From Candidatus Kapaibacterium sp. (GTDB lineage: Bacteria > Bacteroidota > Ignavibacteria > Kapaibacteriales > UBA2268), in the NCBI GenBank assembly GCA_963665665.1, contig OY762428.1, positions 3,013,200 through 3,077,199 of the forward strand: a stretch of 64,000 nt of DNA, given 5' to 3'. Both the position numbers and the translations under genes were made by a program. The notes under the pieces are model-generated. The model did no database searches, had not been told where the DNA came from, and saw nothing but the letters and a program-made list of their open reading frames with translations. Below are positions 59,830 through 64,000 of the stretch, one piece after another (position 1 is the stretch's first letter; the number at the start of each line of letters is the position of its first letter).

Positions 59830-60768
59830 ATGACTAAACATTTGTTCGGACCTGTTCCTTCCAGAAGACTGGGGGTATCCCTGGGAATTGACCTTGTTCC
59901 CTTGAAATTATGTACTCTTGACTGTATTTACTGCGAGTGCGGGCCTACTGATAAGCTGGCAGTTGCAAGAAGAGAATATGTTTCATACTCGGAAGTGACC
60001 GCCGAACTTGACGAATATATGAATAACAATCCCGAACCTGATTATATTACATTTTCAGGTTCGGGAGAACCTACCCTGAACAGCAGGATAGGCGATATAC
60101 TGAATTATATAAAAACAAACTATCCTTCGATACCTGTTGCTGTACTTACAAACGGAACTCTTTTCAACGATCCACAGGTAAGAAGGGAAATTCTGAAAGC
60201 CGATCTTGTATTGCCCTCGCTTGATGCAGCATCTGAAGAATGTTTCAGATTGATAAACCGGCCACATAAATCTCTTTCGGCAGCAAGGCATATTGAAGGG
60301 CTGAAAAATTTCAGGCAGGAATATGAAGGAAAGATATGGCTGGAAGTTTTTATTGCACCGGGGATTAATGACAATAGCGAAGAGATTAATCTGCTGAAAA
60401 ATGCAATTTCAGATATAAAACCCGATTCAGTACAACTAAACACCCTGGACAGGCCCGGAGCTATTGAAGGATTGATGCCATGTTCGGCCAAATGTCTTCA
60501 GAATATTGCTGATACAATTGACTTTCCGGGAACTGAAATAATTGCAGCCCCGGATAGCAGGAAGAAAACCACATCATACAGCGGCAACAAGGAAGAAATA
60601 ATTCTTGAAACCATTGAAAGACGTCCGTGCAGCTTAGAAGATATTTCTTTCCTTACAGGCTTGCATATAAATGATATTAATAAATATCTTGCCGTACTTG
60701 AAAATGCGGAAAAAGTTGAAACTGTAAGGGAAGGAAGAGGAATTTTTTACCGGATTAAAAGAAAATAA
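59830..60768 (+). CDS. Radical SAM protein with C-terminal winged-helix domain
   Basis: GPVPSRRLGVSLGIDL then CTLDCIYCEC (CxxxCxxC). C-terminal helix-turn-helix-like segment. AAAGGA SD before the ATG at 59830. Confidence 0.7.
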   Translation: MTKHLFGPVPSRRLGVSLGIDLVPLKLCTLDCIYCECGPTDKLAVARREYVSYSEVTAELDEYMNNNPEPDYITFSGSGEPTLNSRIGDILNYIKTNYPSIPVAVLTNGTLFNDPQVRREILKADLVLPSLDAASEECFRLINRPHKSLSAARHIEGLKNFRQEYEGKIWLEVFIAPGINDNSEEINLLKNAISDIKPDSVQLNTLDRPGAIEGLMPCSAKCLQNIADTIDFPGTEIIAAPDSRKKTTSYSGNKEEIILETIERRPCSLEDISFLTGLHINDINKYLAVLENAEKVETVREGRGIFYRIKRK

Positions 60769-60917
60769 TTATATAATGATTTATATAAGCAATTTTTCAT
60801 GATGCGATTTAATTCTTTATTTGCAATAATATTAGGCAGGAAAACTGTGGGACTGCCTTTCAATTAGAATAATTGCTTCATGAATTGAATTTCCAAAAAT
60901 GTTCATTTCCGGGAGGG

Positions 60918-61904
60918 TTATTTTTCATTCCTGAAATCATAATGGAATGTTGACCTTAGTATACCCCTGGAATCAAACCTTTCCTTAAAATATATCAAAT
61001 TCATCGAGGGTGTCATAGGGTCTTCAGCAGCTGTATCCTGAGAAACTCCAATATCAACCCAGCCATAGCCGTTCTCGGCTGCCCAGCGGATGGTTTCGTA
61101 CATTATCAGGTAAACAGGTTTTAGGTGTTCGTATTCATAAAGCAGCATGTTGTAGAAACAAAGAACAACCTTGCTGTTGGTAAGGAAAAGCCAGGAACCG
61201 GCAATAGGCTTGCCCTCGTAATATACAAGCAGGAGCCTTACATTATCAGGCATCAGGTCGCGGAGCTTAAGCATATCTTCGAGCGAATGAGTAGGCTTAA
61301 CATTATGTTTCTGCTTGTTTTTTATTAATATTTCATTGAAAGTCTCGTAATCTTCACTTACTTCAATAGTTATCTTACCCTCCCTGAGTATCTTGCGAAC
61401 AGTTTTCCGGGCTGTCTTGTCGAAATGATCAATAAAATTTTCGCCGTGTTTCAGTTCAATTGAATGTGAAATGTAATGTAACTCAAAACCAAAACGACGG
61501 TATAGCATCGCGTATTCAATATTCTGTGAATAATTGTGGCTGTAAATAATCGGTTGGGGAATCAGGAACATTTCATCCCATCCCTCGGTTCTACCAAACT
61601 CAATCAATGTATCAACAATATCCTGTGCTGTTCTGTAAGGAATATCTCCGGTAACGATCGATCCGTAACTCGCACCAATAGGCGACCAGAATGATTTACC
61701 GTCATTTTTCATTCCGCCGGGAAGAACTGCGATAAGCTTGCCATTTTTTCGGAACATCAGGTGATTGAAGTCCCAACGTCCGGGTGTGTGATAATCAAGA
61801 AATGCCTGCTTATGGAACATTGTGCCATTATTAGAAGCGTCAACAAAATCTTCCCATTCCTGCCTGTTTTCGGGTTTATATTTTTCAATAATAATATTAT
61901 TCAT
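60918..61904 (-). CDS. FemAB-like / Acetyltransf_6 (GNAT-fold) family protein
   Basis: 328 aa; duplicated GNAT-like halves; pattern resembles peptidoglycan-bridge FemAB/BioF2-like acetyltransferase domain proteins. Weak. Confidence 0.4.
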   Translation of the reverse strand: MNNIIIEKYKPENRQEWEDFVDASNNGTMFHKQAFLDYHTPGRWDFNHLMFRKNGKLIAVLPGGMKNDGKSFWSPIGASYGSIVTGDIPYRTAQDIVDTLIEFGRTEGWDEMFLIPQPIIYSHNYSQNIEYAMLYRRFGFELHYISHSIELKHGENFIDHFDKTARKTVRKILREGKITIEVSEDYETFNEILIKNKQKHNVKPTHSLEDMLKLRDLMPDNVRLLLVYYEGKPIAGSWLFLTNSKVVLCFYNMLLYEYEHLKPVYLIMYETIRWAAENGYGWVDIGVSQDTAAEDPMTPSMNLIYFKERFDSRGILRSTFHYDFRNEK

Positions 61905-62123
61905 AACTATACCGGTATTACTACTTCTTTTCTATTAGCAAAATTAACCAATTTAATTGATAATAACGAACAGGGACGCAAAAAAGCTTTGGATCAGATT
62001 TGTTATACCTTCGAATCATTTCAAAATTTCATTATATCCTGAGATAAGATAAAGCAAAACGAAAACTATAACATTGTTTCAATTTTCTTTCCAAACACAG
62101 ATATTATCAAATTTATTAACAAT

Positions 62124-62939
62124 CTATATTGATAAACTCTGAATTATCTTCTCACAACCACCTGATTTAATATATTCACTATGTTCCTGAACCGACTTGA
62201 ATTTCTTATTACAAATATTGCTGCACATCATTTCGAAATCCGAAGCCTTATAAAAAGCTTCAATAGTTTTTGATGCAGCAGGGTTGGGATATGTTTTCTC
62301 GTCAGGATTATCTTCAAGGAATTTTTTTGTATTATACCAAATTGCAGCGCTAAGTGCGCCACAGGCATTACCGCTCAGGCCAAGGCCACCTGCAAAACCG
62401 GCAACAGTCATTTGTTCCTCTTTACTTGCTCCCATTTTTTTTAATACCTCGGAAGCACAACTCAGCGATTCAGAATTGCTATAAGTTTTGTTATTGCAAA
62501 GGCTTTCTTTGGCTGTATTGATAGCTTCCCCGGCCCATTTACCGGCATGGCTGAAACAAGACCTGGCTTTGAAAATTATAAATTTAACAAATTGGAATTT
62601 ACTGCTGAAATCAGTCTGGGTAATATCCGAGCAGTCAACTGTTCCGTGTTTTTTGTGGAAAGAAGACAATAATTCTTTAGCAGCTCCAACAGATAATTCA
62701 ATTGCTTTTGATCTATCATTCTCTATTTTAAATGCCTGCCGTCCGGCTGCCATGGATGCCCCCCATATCATACCACATTGGTAGCCCTGCTGCATAATAC
62801 CGCCGGCAAGAGGGTCTGCTGCTTTTTCCCAATCTTCTTTGGTATTACCGAACTCTTTATCGAGGATATGAAAATAAGTAGCGGAACAGGCTCCGAATTT
62901 TCTGAATGTTTTTTTTGTTTCTTTTTCAATCGATTTCAA
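62124..62939 (-). CDS. C_GCAxxG_C_C family protein (putative redox-active)
   Basis: FGACSATYFHIL near N-terminus and SGNACGALSAAIW match the C-GCAxxG-C-C signature. Confidence 0.7.
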   Translation of the reverse strand: MKSIEKETKKTFRKFGACSATYFHILDKEFGNTKEDWEKAADPLAGGIMQQGYQCGMIWGASMAAGRQAFKIENDRSKAIELSVGAAKELLSSFHKKHGTVDCSDITQTDFSSKFQFVKFIIFKARSCFSHAGKWAGEAINTAKESLCNNKTYSNSESLSCASEVLKKMGASKEEQMTVAGFAGGLGLSGNACGALSAAIWYNTKKFLEDNPDEKTYPNPAASKTIEAFYKASDFEMMCSNICNKKFKSVQEHSEYIKSGGCEKIIQSLSI

Positions 62940-63332
62940 ACGATTACTCCTGTTTGATCAAATAAATTAAAGTGTCAGATGATATACGATATTAATAATT
63001 TCCGGTTTCAAATGAAAAAATTTTGAAAAGATATTTGTGTTTATAGTATTGAATTCCGGAAATTAAGATAACTATTGATGGATTATAAAACCTGTATTAT
63101 TAAACCTTTAAGATTTATAATTTGAATAAACTGAAAATCACCTCCTCGTCAATATTTATCCATGATTTACGTTAGGTTATCCTGTAGCAAAATATTATTA
63201 TATAAAGGCCATATTATTGTCTAATAATGCAAACAAGATTCTGAAATCTGGAAAAATTTGCTTAATTTTGTAATATATGAATAATATTACTGTTTTTAAT
63301 TTTATTCGAAACCTGTTTTTGTTCATAGATTA

Positions 63333-64000
63333 ATGGCTGGAATTATGAATGATAAAAAGATAATCGGCAAAGGTATTACCTATGATGACGTTCTCCTGGT
63401 ACCGAATTTCTCGGAAATTCTGCCCAGGGAAACCGATGTTTCGACAAGGCTTACGAAAAAAATAAGGCTGAACATTCCTTTGCTCAGCGCTGCAATGGAT
63501 ACCGTAACTGAAGCGAGAATGGCTATTGCTATTGCCCGGGAAGGCGGAATTGGTGTAGTGCATAAGAACTTGAACATAAAAGCGCAGGCTGCTGTTGTTG
63601 ACAGGGTAAAAAGGTCGGAAAGCGGAATGATAACAAAACCCATTACTCTTACTTGCGACAAACTTGTTAAGGATGCAATGGCCCTTATGGAACAATTCCA
63701 TATATCAGGAATTCCGATTGTTGACGACAACAGGAAACTTATTGGTATTATTACGAACAGGGACCTCAGATTTAGTCCTGATCCTAACCAGTTAATCAAA
63801 GAAGCAATGACTTCCGGGAATCTTCATACAGCTCCCGTGGGTACAACTCTTGAAGAAGCCGAGAAAATACTTCAGCAGCACAGGATAGAAAAACTTCCTG
63901 TTGTTGATGAAAATTTTATACTGAAAGGCTTAATAACTGTAAAGGACGTTCAGAAGAAAAAGAAACACCCGAATGCCTGCAAAGACGAGCAGGGACGATT
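63333..64000 (+). CDS. guaB: Inosine-5'-monophosphate dehydrogenase, 5' part (runs off window end; absent from ORF track)
   Basis: Translation from the ATG at 63333/63345 gives [36 protein letters not shown]...[32 protein letters not shown], the canonical IMPDH N-terminus. Tandem CBS domains follow ([30 protein letters not shown]...), with no stop before nt 64000. Confidence 0.85.
   Translation, partial: MAGIMNDKKIIGKGITYDDVLLVPNFSEILPRETDVSTRLTKKIRLNIPLLSAAMDTVTEARMAIAIAREGGIGVVHKNLNIKAQAAVVDRVKRSESGMITKPITLTCDKLVKDAMALMEQFHISGIPIVDDNRKLIGIITNRDLRFSPDPNQLIKEAMTSGNLHTAPVGTTLEEAEKILQQHRIEKLPVVDENFILKGLITVKDVQKKKKHPNACKDEQGR

Noticed and set aside
63330-63799. Two minus-strand ORFs (123 and 139 aa) near the window end
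   Set aside because: The plus strand encodes an unmistakable IMP dehydrogenase N-terminus across the same interval, so these are antisense artefacts.
1-64000. Transposases, integrases, phage genes, toxin-antitoxin or restriction-modification systems
   Set aside because: None of the ORF translations shows DDE/HUH transposase, tyrosine/serine recombinase, capsid/terminase or methyltransferase motifs. The only mobile-like features are the small non-autonomous palindromic repeats.

Overview
The window is AT-rich bacterial chromosome with hallmarks of the Bacteroidota/Ignavibacteriota (FCB) group: T9SS C-terminal sorting domains, a GWxTD protein, and many large multi-PAS sensor kinases. The housekeeping content is secG, ispD, aconitase, a menF-menD pair, DAHP synthase, tRNA-His with an encoded G-1, and a 5' fragment of guaB that the ORF track missed. 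Three regions are not ordinary. (1) A compact, co-directional RiPP-like gene cluster at about 42.8-51.5 kb. It has at least three small Cys/Gly/Ser/Thr-rich precursor peptides with iterated C-x-x-G-[TS] motifs, a PqqD-like recognition element, two radical-SAM/SPASM maturases, an ABC exporter, an HPr-kinase-like P-loop protein, a SipW-type S26 peptidase, an MBL-fold hydrolase and a DUF89 protein. A frameshifted orphan copy of the precursor lies 12.5 kb upstream at about 30.0-30.3 kb. This looks like an undescribed ranthipeptide/sactipeptide-like system. (2) A 3.3-kb GC-rich repeat island at 11.1-14.4 kb between aconitase and a cyclophilin triplet. It consists of about five tandem 273-bp units (one 180 bp), each with three UUCG-type hairpins, followed by two 21-bp microsatellite arrays and a zone of degenerate hairpin repeats. 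The island is bounded by 40-bp direct repeats. All periods are multiples of three, so a repeat-protein interpretation cannot be excluded. (3) A dispersed palindromic element of about 100-150 bp is present in at least four full and one partial intergenic copies. One copy supplies the stop codon of the DAHP synthase gene.
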